Source of the DNA: Methylocapsa sp.
Lineage (GTDB): Bacteria; Pseudomonadota; Alphaproteobacteria; Rhizobiales; Beijerinckiaceae
DNA length: 62,972 bases
Reading direction: 5' to 3'
Assembly: GCA_043739325.1 (NCBI GenBank)
Contig: JAYUFK010000270.1
Span: forward strand, 1-62,972
Part shown: piece after piece, positions 55,072 through 62,972 of the stretch
How positions within the stretch are numbered: position 1 is the stretch's first letter
Layout: every line of letters begins with the position of its first letter
Notes under the pieces: generated by a model
Told to the model about the DNA's origin: nothing
Databases searched by the model: none
What the model saw: only the letters and a program-made list of their open reading frames with translations
Position numbers and translations under genes: made by a program

Positions 55072-55428
55072 ATGATCGCGCGGAAGCTGGCGAGGCACGT
55101 TGTATTTTCAGTTGTTGCCGCTGTTGTCCCCGCGGTGGCGAGCGCGCCCGCCTTCGCCGACGGCGATGTCACCGCGGGACGGGAGGCAGCGCATCAATGC
55201 GAGGTCTGCCACGGCCTCGACGGCCTGTCGAAAACGCCGGAGGCGCCCAATCTCGCCGGCCAGAACCAGAACTATCTGATCAAGCAGTTGGGCGATTTCA
55301 AAGCTGGCAAGCGCGAGAACGAGATGATGTCGGTGGTTGTCCCGTCGCTCACCGATCAGGACATCGAGAACCTCGCCGCCTATTATTCGGCGATCGAAGT
55401 CAAGATCGGAAAAATTCCGGGACAGTAG
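55072..55428 (+). CDS. c-type cytochrome (c553/c4-like, monoheme)
   Basis: Signal peptide, CEVCH, PNLAGQ, axial Met in ENEMM. Confidence 0.9.
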   Translation: MIARKLARHVVFSVVAAVVPAVASAPAFADGDVTAGREAAHQCEVCHGLDGLSKTPEAPNLAGQNQNYLIKQLGDFKAGKRENEMMSVVVPSLTDQDIENLAAYYSAIEVKIGKIPGQ

Positions 55429-55442
55429 CGTTCGGTCGGCGC

Positions 55443-56579
55443 CTAGACCGTGACAACCGGTTCCGCAACGGTTTCCATCCGCCGATAGACATACGCAACT
55501 TCGCCTGCTGGCGCGCTGTCGCGCCGCGCAATCTCCGCCATGATCGCGTGATGCGGCGACAGATGGCAGGCGGGATCGGTCGCGCTGGCATCGCCAACAA
55601 GCGCCAACGCCTGGCAACGACAACCGCCGAAATCGATCTCGCGCCGATCGCAACTGCGACACGGTTCGGGCATCCAGTCCGTGCCGCGAAACGCCTTGAA
55701 AGCCGGCGCGTTCACCCAGATATCGCCAAGCGAATGATCCTGCACATGCCAGAATTCCAGCCCTGGAATCGTCTCCGACGCATGACACGGCAAGACCTTA
55801 CCGGTCGGTGAAACGTTGAGTGTTTGCCGACCCCAACCGCCCATGCAGGGTTTGGGCGTTCGCGCGTGATAATCCGGCGCGACGTGATCGATAACGATCT
55901 GGTCCTTGACCCGCTCGCGCAGCGCCTCGACCTCGTTCCAGGCGCCATCCGCCTGCTCGCGCGACGGCATCAGCGCCGCCCGATTTTTCAGCGCCCAGCC
56001 GTAATATTGCGTATGCGCGATCTCGACGCGTCGCGCGCCATAGGCGATCGCCAACTCGACCATCCGCGCCGCACGCGAAACGTTAGCGCGATGAATGACG
56101 GCATTGATCGTCAACGGCATGCCGCTGGCTACCACCCATTTCGCCACTTCGCGCTTCCGGGCAAACGCGCCCTTGTACCCCGCGATATGGTCGGCGCTGG
56201 CTTCCTCGCAATCCTGCATCGAAAGCTGAACGTGATCGAGACCAGCCTTGTCGAGCTGCGCGACCAACGCCTCGGTCACGCCAATACCGGACGTGATCAG
56301 GTTCGAGTAAAGTCCAATTGAGGCGCAGTGGGCGACGAGTTCAACCAGATCGCGGCGCGCGGCAGGTTCGCCGCCGGACAAGTGGACCTGCAACACGCCA
56401 AGCGCGTTGGCTTCATCGAAAACCCGCTTCCACGTCGCTGCATCCATCTCGCCGCTGCGCTTGTCCATAGAGAGCGGATTGGAACAATACGGACACCCCA
56501 GCGGGCAACGGTGCGTAAGCTCTGCAAGCAGACCGATGGGCGCCGGCGGAGCGGGTGTTGCAGCGATTGGCGTGTTCAT
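55443..56579 (-). CDS. pqqE: PQQ biosynthesis radical SAM/SPASM protein
   Basis: [37 protein letters not shown]...GGCRCQA...DPAC. Confidence 0.95.
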   Translation of the reverse strand: MNTPIAATPAPPAPIGLLAELTHRCPLGCPYCSNPLSMDKRSGEMDAATWKRVFDEANALGVLQVHLSGGEPAARRDLVELVAHCASIGLYSNLITSGIGVTEALVAQLDKAGLDHVQLSMQDCEEASADHIAGYKGAFARKREVAKWVVASGMPLTINAVIHRANVSRAARMVELAIAYGARRVEIAHTQYYGWALKNRAALMPSREQADGAWNEVEALRERVKDQIVIDHVAPDYHARTPKPCMGGWGRQTLNVSPTGKVLPCHASETIPGLEFWHVQDHSLGDIWVNAPAFKAFRGTDWMPEPCRSCDRREIDFGGCRCQALALVGDASATDPACHLSPHHAIMAEIARRDSAPAGEVAYVYRRMETVAEPVVTV

Positions 56580-56872
56580 ATCGCGACCATCCGTTTGGCG
56601 ATAAGATCGGCGAGCAGCGCCCGCACGTCCGTTTCGATGCGCATCCGCTCACCCTTATAGACGGCGCAGAGATCGTCGACGATGTCAGTCAGACTGCGCA
56701 CGCCATCGCAACGTTCGAGGACCGCGACAGCAACCGGATCGGCGCGAACGACACGCTCAGGCGCAAGCAGCACATGCCCGCCGCGAACCTCGTCATGCTT
56801 CAAACGGACACCACGCAGCAGTCTCGGCTTCGAAGTCGCGACGAAGTCCACGGGAATTTCCACAGTGCTCAC
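56576..56872 (-). CDS. pqqD: PQQ biosynthesis peptide chaperone (RRE)
   Basis: [15 protein letters not shown], overlapping the pqqE start. Confidence 0.9.
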   Translation of the reverse strand: MSTVEIPVDFVATSKPRLLRGVRLKHDEVRGGHVLLAPERVVRADPVAVAVLERCDGVRSLTDIVDDLCAVYKGERMRIETDVRALLADLIAKRMVAI

Positions 56873-56977
56873 CGGCCTTGAAACCCGTTGTGATCGCTAC
56901 CCCGCGCAAAACCAGTCGGCAACGTTCGATCGGATCGCGAACCAAAAAGCAAAGGGTTAAATTCTAGCCAGCCGCAA

Positions 56978-57055
56978 TCAGATCGCCGCCGAAACATAGC
57001 TCGTGACTTCCATGCCAACCAAAACTTCCCAAACTTCAGGAGTTGTCCAGCTCAT
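56978..57055 (-). CDS. pqqA: PQQ precursor peptide MSWTTPEVWEVLVGMEVTSYVSAAI
   Basis: 25 aa, MxWxxP start, G-x-E-V-T-S-Y (ExxxY) core, GAGG RBS, upstream of pqqD; below the ORF-track length cutoff. Confidence 0.92.
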   Translation of the reverse strand: MSWTTPEVWEVLVGMEVTSYVSAAI

Positions 57056-57266
57056 TGACGTTTTCCTCTATCTGTCAGCGCGGCTCTGCCGCGTCTGCCT
57101 GTTCAAGCCGTTTAATCGCCGGCCCAGCCCCACACAACGCGGGATTCATAGCGCGCAAACCTGTCTATCACAAGCCCGGACCCTTAGCCAACGGCACGTG
57201 GCCAAGACCCCTGCTACATTGGACCACATGCCGCAGGAGTTCACGCTGTAACGCCGTTTCCAAACA

Positions 57267-58139
57267 TCATATCGGTCGGAGGCGTATTGGTCGGCTGAAG
57301 CGATGATGGATATTGGCGCCGAAGGCGAGCGTCAGCTCGTCGGCAATCGAGCGCACAAGCGAGCCCAATTGCGGCAATCTCTCGCGCGATACGCTCCGTG
57401 TCGGACCTGAGATCGAAATTGCGCCGATCGGTTCGCTATTCTGGTTGAGCACAGCCGCTGCCACGCAACGCAGGCCCAAAGTATGTTCTTCGTTATCGAC
57501 GGCATAGCCGGACGCCCGCACATCGCTCAGATTGAAAGCCAGTCGCGAAGGCGTGTCGACGGTATTGCGTGTGAACCGTGTCATACCCTTCTCGGTCAGG
57601 ATGCGACACACCTCATGCGGCTGCATGGCGGCAAGCATGCTCTTGCCGAGCGAAGTGCAATGCAGCACCACGCGCCCGCCGGGCTTACACAATGCGCCCA
57701 GTGTCAACGGACTTTCCACTTGTTCGAGATAGACCGCCATGTCGTTGTTCAAAATCGCAAGATTGGCGGTTTCCCCGGACTTCTCCGCCAGTCGGCGCAA
57801 GTATGGTCGAGCTGCCTTGCCCAGTTCGCCGACAGCCGAAAATGCGCTCCCGACTGTAAAGGCATCTCGGCCCACTTGCCAGCGTGATCCCTCGGAACGG
57901 AACTGGACAAACTGCTCCTGCTGAAGTGTCGCGAGGAGACGATGGACGGTCGACGAAGCAAGGTTCGTTGCGCGCGCAATCTCGGTCAACGTCATGCCGT
58001 CGCGCCCGGCCGCGATCACCTTCAGAATCGCCACCGCACGCGTAATCGATTGGACGCTATCTGACTTCTCTTTTGGAACGAGAGGACGTTTTCGGCCCCC
58101 CACTGGCGCACTCTTATCCTCAACCTCTTCGCGCACCAT
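57267..58139 (-). CDS. IclR family transcriptional regulator
   Basis: VQSITRA, HTH LTEIARATNLASSTVHRLL, GETANLA, HCTSLGK, GLRCVAA, AISISGP. Confidence 0.92.
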   Translation of the reverse strand: MVREEVEDKSAPVGGRKRPLVPKEKSDSVQSITRAVAILKVIAAGRDGMTLTEIARATNLASSTVHRLLATLQQEQFVQFRSEGSRWQVGRDAFTVGSAFSAVGELGKAARPYLRRLAEKSGETANLAILNNDMAVYLEQVESPLTLGALCKPGGRVVLHCTSLGKSMLAAMQPHEVCRILTEKGMTRFTRNTVDTPSRLAFNLSDVRASGYAVDNEEHTLGLRCVAAAVLNQNSEPIGAISISGPTRSVSRERLPQLGSLVRSIADELTLAFGANIHHRFSRPIRLRPI

Positions 58140-58292
58140 GGACTGGCCTCGACCCCTAATCTGCCCGACTAACGCCTATCATACTATGGCCATTTCTCCT
58201 TGTTCTTCAAGCCTGTTGCGAAACGGAACACCGGATCAAAGACCTCGCGCGCTCGGCAAGAACGTGGTCTGCAATCCCTCTCGTCGCGCCTT

Positions 58293-59408
58293 TCAGTTGA
58301 CCACGCTGGCCGCGGGGGTGTGCGGCAGGCCATGGGCGTCGGCGACGGGCTTGCACGTGATCTTGCCATCGTGGACGTTTAGCCCTTCGCGCAAGTGTGC
58401 GTCGTCCTTCAACGCCTGCTTCCAGCCCTTATCGGCGAGCGCCAGGGTGAACGGCAAAGTCGCGTTGTTGAGCGCAAACGTCGAAGTGCGCGCAACGGCC
58501 CCCGGCATGTTCGCGACGCAATAATGCACAATTCCGTCGACAACATAGGTCGGGTCCGAATGCGTTGTCGCACGCGAGGTCTCGCAACAGCCGCCCTGAT
58601 CGATAGCGACATCGACGATCACCGCGCCGGGCTTCATCGTCGACAACATTGCGCGCGTCACCAGCTTGGGCGCGGCCGCTCCTGGCACGAGCACGGTGCC
58701 GATCAATAAATCCGCTCGCTTTGCAAGCTCGGCGATCGCCGCGCGCGTTGAAAAGATCGTGCGCACGCCCGTTCCGAACTGCGCCGACAAGCGACGCAAT
58801 ACTTCCGCCGAGCGATCGATGACGGTGACATTGGCGCCCATGCCGAGTGCAATCGTCGCGGCATGCGTGCCTGATACGCCACCACCAAGGATGACCACTT
58901 CAGCGGCAGGCACGCCCGGCACGCCGCCAAGCAAAATGCCGCGCCCGCCGGCCGCCTTCTCAAGTGCGTGAGCGCCAACTTGCGGCGCGAGCCGTCCCGC
59001 AACTTCCGACATCGGCGTCAGAAGCGGCAGACCGCCAAATGGCGATGTCACAGTCTCGTAGGCAATGCAGGTCGCGCCGCTGGCGATGAGATCTGTGGTC
59101 TGCGCCAGATCTGGGGCGAGATGCAGATAAGTGAACAGCAATTGCCCGCGACGCAACATCTTGCGCTCCGCAACCAGCGGCTCCTTGACCTTCACGATCA
59201 TTTCGGCGCGGGCAAAGATCTCCGATGCGTTATCGACGAGGGTCGCGCCTGCCTGGACATATTCATTGTCCGACAGACCAGAGCCGATGCCAGCAGATTT
59301 TTCGACAAGAATTTGATGGCCGTGGTGCGCAAGCTCGGCGACCGACGATGGCGTCAGGCCGACGCGAAATTCGTTGTCCTTGATTTCCTTCGGAACCCCG
59401 ACCAGCAT
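58293..59408 (-). CDS. ald: alanine dehydrogenase
   Basis: [45 protein letters not shown]. Confidence 0.97.
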   Translation of the reverse strand: MLVGVPKEIKDNEFRVGLTPSSVAELAHHGHQILVEKSAGIGSGLSDNEYVQAGATLVDNASEIFARAEMIVKVKEPLVAERKMLRRGQLLFTYLHLAPDLAQTTDLIASGATCIAYETVTSPFGGLPLLTPMSEVAGRLAPQVGAHALEKAAGGRGILLGGVPGVPAAEVVILGGGVSGTHAATIALGMGANVTVIDRSAEVLRRLSAQFGTGVRTIFSTRAAIAELAKRADLLIGTVLVPGAAAPKLVTRAMLSTMKPGAVIVDVAIDQGGCCETSRATTHSDPTYVVDGIVHYCVANMPGAVARTSTFALNNATLPFTLALADKGWKQALKDDAHLREGLNVHDGKITCKPVADAHGLPHTPAASVVN

Positions 59409-59492
59409 GAGCGCCTCCCTTTAAGCTGTCATCTTGGCGCAGATCCGACGCAACAAGGCGCCAAAGTGTGGCTCAACCCGCGACAATATGAC

Positions 59493-59530
59493 AGAATATT
59501 CAGTTAGAACATTCAAGGCCAAAATATTAT
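59493..59530. promoter_or_regulatory. AT-rich repeated motifs between ald and its Lrp regulator
   Basis: AGAATATTCA, AGAACATTCA and AAAATATTAT; candidate Lrp/AldR sites (inference). Confidence 0.35.
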
Positions 59531-59996
59531 GCGAATCGACGACATCGACGAACGCGACCGGGCGATCCTGCGCGAGTTGATGCGCGAGGGGCGTCTCACC
59601 AACAGTGAACTGGCGGCGCGCGTCCATCTGTCGGCGTCGGCCTGCCTGCGGCGCGTGCAGATTCTTGAAGAAGGCGGGATTATCGCAGGCTACGTGATGC
59701 TGCTCGATCCGGCCAAGGCGGGCCTTCTCGGCGCGGCTTTCGTTTCGGTAACGCTGGACCAGCAAGGGCGCGGCTCGCTGGATCGCTTTGAAGTCCAGGC
59801 GCGGCGCCACCCGGAGATTCTGGAGTGCTACCTGCTGGCGGGTTCGGCCGACTATCTCTTGCGCATCGCCTACCGCGACTCGCGTGATTTCGAGCGTATT
59901 CATACGGATATTCTGACGCAACTTCCCGGCGTTTCGCGCGTCCAGTCGACGCTGGCGCTACGCACTGTCAAGAAGACCACGGAGCTGCCGCTGTGA
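59529..59996 (+). CDS. Lrp/AsnC regulator (AldR-like), divergent from ald
   Basis: DRAILRELMREGRLTNSELAARVHLSASACLRRV, GSADYLL. Confidence 0.92.
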   Translation: MRIDDIDERDRAILRELMREGRLTNSELAARVHLSASACLRRVQILEEGGIIAGYVMLLDPAKAGLLGAAFVSVTLDQQGRGSLDRFEVQARRHPEILECYLLAGSADYLLRIAYRDSRDFERIHTDILTQLPGVSRVQSTLALRTVKKTTELPL

Positions 59997-60051
59997 GGCT
60001 GCAATTGACGACCGCTTGTGCTAGAGGGGCGCAATGAAAAGGAACGATTCC

Positions 60052-60300
60052 GTGACCGACACGCCATCCGATATCAGCAAAATGCCGTTTGAGGCCGCGT
60101 TGGCGGAACTCGAAGCGATTGTCGCCAAGCTCGAACAGGGCGCCGTAGCGCTCGAAGAATCGATCAAGATTTACGAGCGCGGCGAAGCGTTGAAGGCGCA
60201 TTGCGACAAGCTGCTCAAGAACGCCGAAATGCGCATCGAGAAGATCACGCTTGGCGCGGACGGCAAGCCGAAAGGCACAGCGCCGCTGGACGTCGACTGA
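60052..60300 (+). CDS. xseB: exodeoxyribonuclease VII small subunit
   Basis: [18 protein letters not shown]...[11 protein letters not shown]...[11 protein letters not shown]. Confidence 0.93.
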   Translation: MTDTPSDISKMPFEAALAELEAIVAKLEQGAVALEESIKIYERGEALKAHCDKLLKNAEMRIEKITLGADGKPKGTAPLDVD

Positions 60301-60737
60301 TGCCGGGCGACCGGTCGACGGGCCTCAAGTTTGAAGTTACCGATCAGCCCTCGCGCGGCGATGTCGCCTGCGTGCATGACGCGTTGGCGGCGTTCAACGT
60401 CGAGCGGGCGCGTCCCTATGACAAGCGACCGCTGCATGTCTTCCTGCGCGACGAGAATGGCGCGACGATCGGCGGCGCCACCGGCTTCACCAACTGGGAG
60501 TGGCTCTATATCGACTGCTTCTGGCTGCCGGAGGAGCTGCGCGGCTCCGGTTGGGGCGCTCTCTTGCTCAAGGCGGCCGAGGACGAAGCCCGCCAGCGAG
60601 GTTGTCGCCATTCGCACCTGTATTCCTATAGTTTCCAGGCGCCCGAGTTCTATCGCAAGCAAGGTTACTCCGTTTACGGAGCACTCGATGGCTATCCGCC
60701 CGGTGAAAAGCGCGTCTTGTTGCGCAAAAGCCTCTGA
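60300..60737 (+). CDS. GNAT N-acetyltransferase
   Basis: WLPEELRGSGWG, SFQAPEFYRKQGY; TGATG coupling to xseB. Confidence 0.88.
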   Translation: MPGDRSTGLKFEVTDQPSRGDVACVHDALAAFNVERARPYDKRPLHVFLRDENGATIGGATGFTNWEWLYIDCFWLPEELRGSGWGALLLKAAEDEARQRGCRHSHLYSYSFQAPEFYRKQGYSVYGALDGYPPGEKRVLLRKSL

Positions 60738-60809
60738 TCGTGAGTTTCTTACAAGATCGATACCGAAAAACTGTCAGCATTACCTGCGCGTCCCTGAAAC
60801 AGTTACAAT

Positions 60810-60852
60810 TCATTAACCATAACTGGGCGATGACTGGAATCGTCATTAACCA
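60810..60852 (+). promoter_or_regulatory. direct repeat TCATTAACCA x2 (CtrA half-site-like)
   Basis: Identical 10-mers at 60810 and 60843, 33 bp apart, upstream of parA-like gene. Confidence 0.45.
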
Positions 60853-60908
60853 CTTGCGCCAGCCGCGATTCGCAGCGACCGCGCGATAAATGTCAAGGGG
60901 CGGAGTCC

Positions 60909-61559
60909 ATGCGCACGATTGCTTTCGTAACTCAAAAAGGCGGCTCTGGAAAGAGTACGTTGGCTTCCTCGCTGGCTGTTGCCGCACACGAAGCGGGTGA
61001 AAAGGTTTTCGTCATCGATATGGACCCGCAGAACGCCCTGGGCCATTGGGCCAAGACCCGTGGGCAGGATGACGTGCCGGTCGCCGCGGTGACGCCTGGT
61101 CGCCTCGCCGCGACGCTGGCGAGCCTCGCCAAGAATGGCATTACGCTGGCAATCATCGACACGCCGGGCGCCGAAGGCCCGATCGCCGCAGCCGCGATGA
61201 AGGCCGCCGATCTCAACATCATTCCCTCGCGCCCCAACGTGTTCGATCTCTGGGCCAGCGAACAGACGCGCAAGACGCTCAAGGAGCTGCGCAGCGACTT
61301 CGTTTTCGTGCTCAACCAGTGCCCGCCGGCGCAGCAGACGGCGCGCGTGTCGGAAGGCGCGGCAGCCCTCGAAGCGATGGGCGGGCTGATCACGCCTCTG
61401 GTTCTGACCCGGGTCGATTACCAGGAAGCGGCGCGTCACGGCTGCGGCGTCACCGAAGTCAACCCGCACGGCGCCGCCGCGGCTGAAATCAAAGCCCTAT
61501 GGTCGTCGATCAAGCGCCGTCTCGCTCGCGGCAAACCGCAGGCGCGAAAGGCGGCGTGA
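60909..61559 (+). CDS. ParA family ATPase (orphan, short type)
   Basis: Deviant Walker A KGGSGKST, IDMDPQ, IDTPG; no parB adjacent. Confidence 0.9.
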   Translation: MRTIAFVTQKGGSGKSTLASSLAVAAHEAGEKVFVIDMDPQNALGHWAKTRGQDDVPVAAVTPGRLAATLASLAKNGITLAIIDTPGAEGPIAAAAMKAADLNIIPSRPNVFDLWASEQTRKTLKELRSDFVFVLNQCPPAQQTARVSEGAAALEAMGGLITPLVLTRVDYQEAARHGCGVTEVNPHGAAAAEIKALWSSIKRRLARGKPQARKAA

Positions 61560-61769
61560 AGCGCTGACCACGTCGAAATTGTTTCTTGTGTTCAACGCCC
61601 TGCGGACATCTGTCCGCGGGGCGCGCTCTTTTGGCGACCGGTCAATCCTCTTGTGAAATCGTTCACTCGCAGCGTCTGGGCGCGTGGCCAACCAAAATAA
61701 ATAGTTTGTCGCGCCGAATTTCTGGCGCGCGCGGCGTGTTCTCCTCCCGACGCAACCAGGGAGGATCGA

Positions 61770-62852
61770 ATGCAAAAAGCTCGCGACGTTTCGAATCCAA
61801 TTGCAAATCGCCGTTCGTTCTTGAAGGGCGGCGCGCTGGCGGCCAGCGCCGCGACAGTCGGCGCTGGAGCCTTGATCAGCGACGTTTCGGCGCAAAACCG
61901 CGACCGCGACGACGGTCCGCTTTCGCCCGGCGATGCGGCGATCCTGCGTTTTCTCACCGCCGCGGAAATTATCGAAAGCGATCTGTGGCAGCAATACAAC
62001 GAACTTGGCGGCGTCAATGGCGGGAGCCAGCCGTATATCAATGCCTTGCTACAGCTCGATGGCGATATGCCGCAATACATCACGGACAATACCGACGACG
62101 AGATCAGCCACGAAAATTTCCTGAACGCCTACCTGCAGATGCGCGGCGCGCATCAGGTCGATCTTGACATGTTCCGCAACCTGCCGAGCAGCAAGGCGAC
62201 TGGCGCCAAGCAGATCGGGCGGCTCACGAACCTGATGAATCTCACCGTCGATACGAGCTGGTGGACGCGCTATCGCAGCGAAACCAATCCGGATCTTGGC
62301 GCAAAATTCCCGCAAGTCGTCAACATCGTCAACCGGCCGGCGATTCCGCGCAACGACGCCGAACTCAGCGATTCAAACCATGTCCAAGCGATCGCCAATA
62401 CGGCTGGATTCCACTTCGCATTCATCGAACAAGGCGGCACAAGTCTTTACACGACGATGGCGCGAAAGGTCAGCAGCCTCGAAGTGCTGCGCATCGTCAC
62501 CAGCATTGGCGGAACGGAAATCGCGCATTTCCAGACCTGGCATGACAAGGCGGGAAACGCGCCGCCCTTGACCGACAATACCGGCAACCCAGTGACATTT
62601 CCGGACTTCACGCTACCGCCATTCAATGGCGAGACGTTTCAGAAAAACAAGATCATGCCGGAACCCTGCCAGTTTATCAGCCCGCATCTTCCGCTTTGTT
62701 CGATCATCCGTCCCACAAACACCGAAGGCATCGCCAAAGGCGCGGTCACGGCGTTAACCAACGATGGGTTGTTCATTGGCCAGTCAGCCCAATTCTTCGC
62801 CTATCTCAAGGAGCTAGCTGAAGAAGCCGATGCCGCAAGACGGCGTGGTTGA
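61770..62852 (+). CDS. Tat-signal ferritin-like domain protein
   Basis: NRRSFLKGG twin-arginine motif; LTAAEIIE, DEISH, IEQGG and TEIAH metal-ligand-like motifs. Confidence 0.78.
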   Translation: MQKARDVSNPIANRRSFLKGGALAASAATVGAGALISDVSAQNRDRDDGPLSPGDAAILRFLTAAEIIESDLWQQYNELGGVNGGSQPYINALLQLDGDMPQYITDNTDDEISHENFLNAYLQMRGAHQVDLDMFRNLPSSKATGAKQIGRLTNLMNLTVDTSWWTRYRSETNPDLGAKFPQVVNIVNRPAIPRNDAELSDSNHVQAIANTAGFHFAFIEQGGTSLYTTMARKVSSLEVLRIVTSIGGTEIAHFQTWHDKAGNAPPLTDNTGNPVTFPDFTLPPFNGETFQKNKIMPEPCQFISPHLPLCSIIRPTNTEGIAKGAVTALTNDGLFIGQSAQFFAYLKELAEEADAARRRG

Positions 62853-62880
62853 AGCAGAACCACTCCTGAGGCGTCCGTCA

Positions 62881-62972
62881 TATGTGGACGGCCCCGGTTG
62901 GCAAGCTGTTTTTGACGTAACCAACGATTTGGTCTGCTGCGGTCATATGTCCGGCCTGTTGGCGCGGCGCAA
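62881..62972 (-). mobile_element. right non-coding end of an IS110-family (IS1111-type) element, truncated by the window edge
   Basis: Minus strand CAACAGGCCGGACATATGACCGCA...CTTGCCAACCGGGGCCGTCCACATA resembles IS1111-group 3' ends; the transposase is not in the window. Confidence 0.7.

Overview
GC-rich alphaproteobacterial chromosome segment; the gene content suggests Hyphomicrobiales, and no closer taxon can be established from the sequence alone. The left end (1-1576) is a decayed accessory region with a low-GC stretch, a PsiE-like fragment and an ISL3 transposase remnant. It abuts the 3' end of a tRNA-Leu(UAA) gene interrupted by a 214-nt group I (IC3-like) intron. Most of the window is core-type genes: gpt, cinA-like, FkbM methyltransferase, map, radC, two GGDEF/EAL proteins and usg; a form II cox (coxG-S-L-M-D ... 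E, xdhC, mocA) molybdo-hydroxylase cluster interrupted by BA14K, patatin and fumC; livHMGF-K and ccdA; a SRAP-tag-HD-phosphatase cluster; a sugar ABC transporter; tesA/ybbAP and an acyl-CoA ligase; ftsH, an SPFH-like protein and glmM; a PQQ-type dehydrogenase plus cytochrome c facing a minimal pqqA-D-E unit; IclR, ald/Lrp, xseB, an orphan ParA and a Tat-exported ferritin-like protein. The window ends in the right end of an IS110/IS1111-type element. Elements absent from the ORF track include the intron-split tRNA, a 25-aa PqqA precursor, several REP-like palindromes, and a small structured transcript carrying a 17-nt perfect complement of the 16S rRNA 3' end followed by a 23-codon ORF. No CRISPR array or rRNA gene was seen. 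All family assignments come from motif recognition, not database searches.
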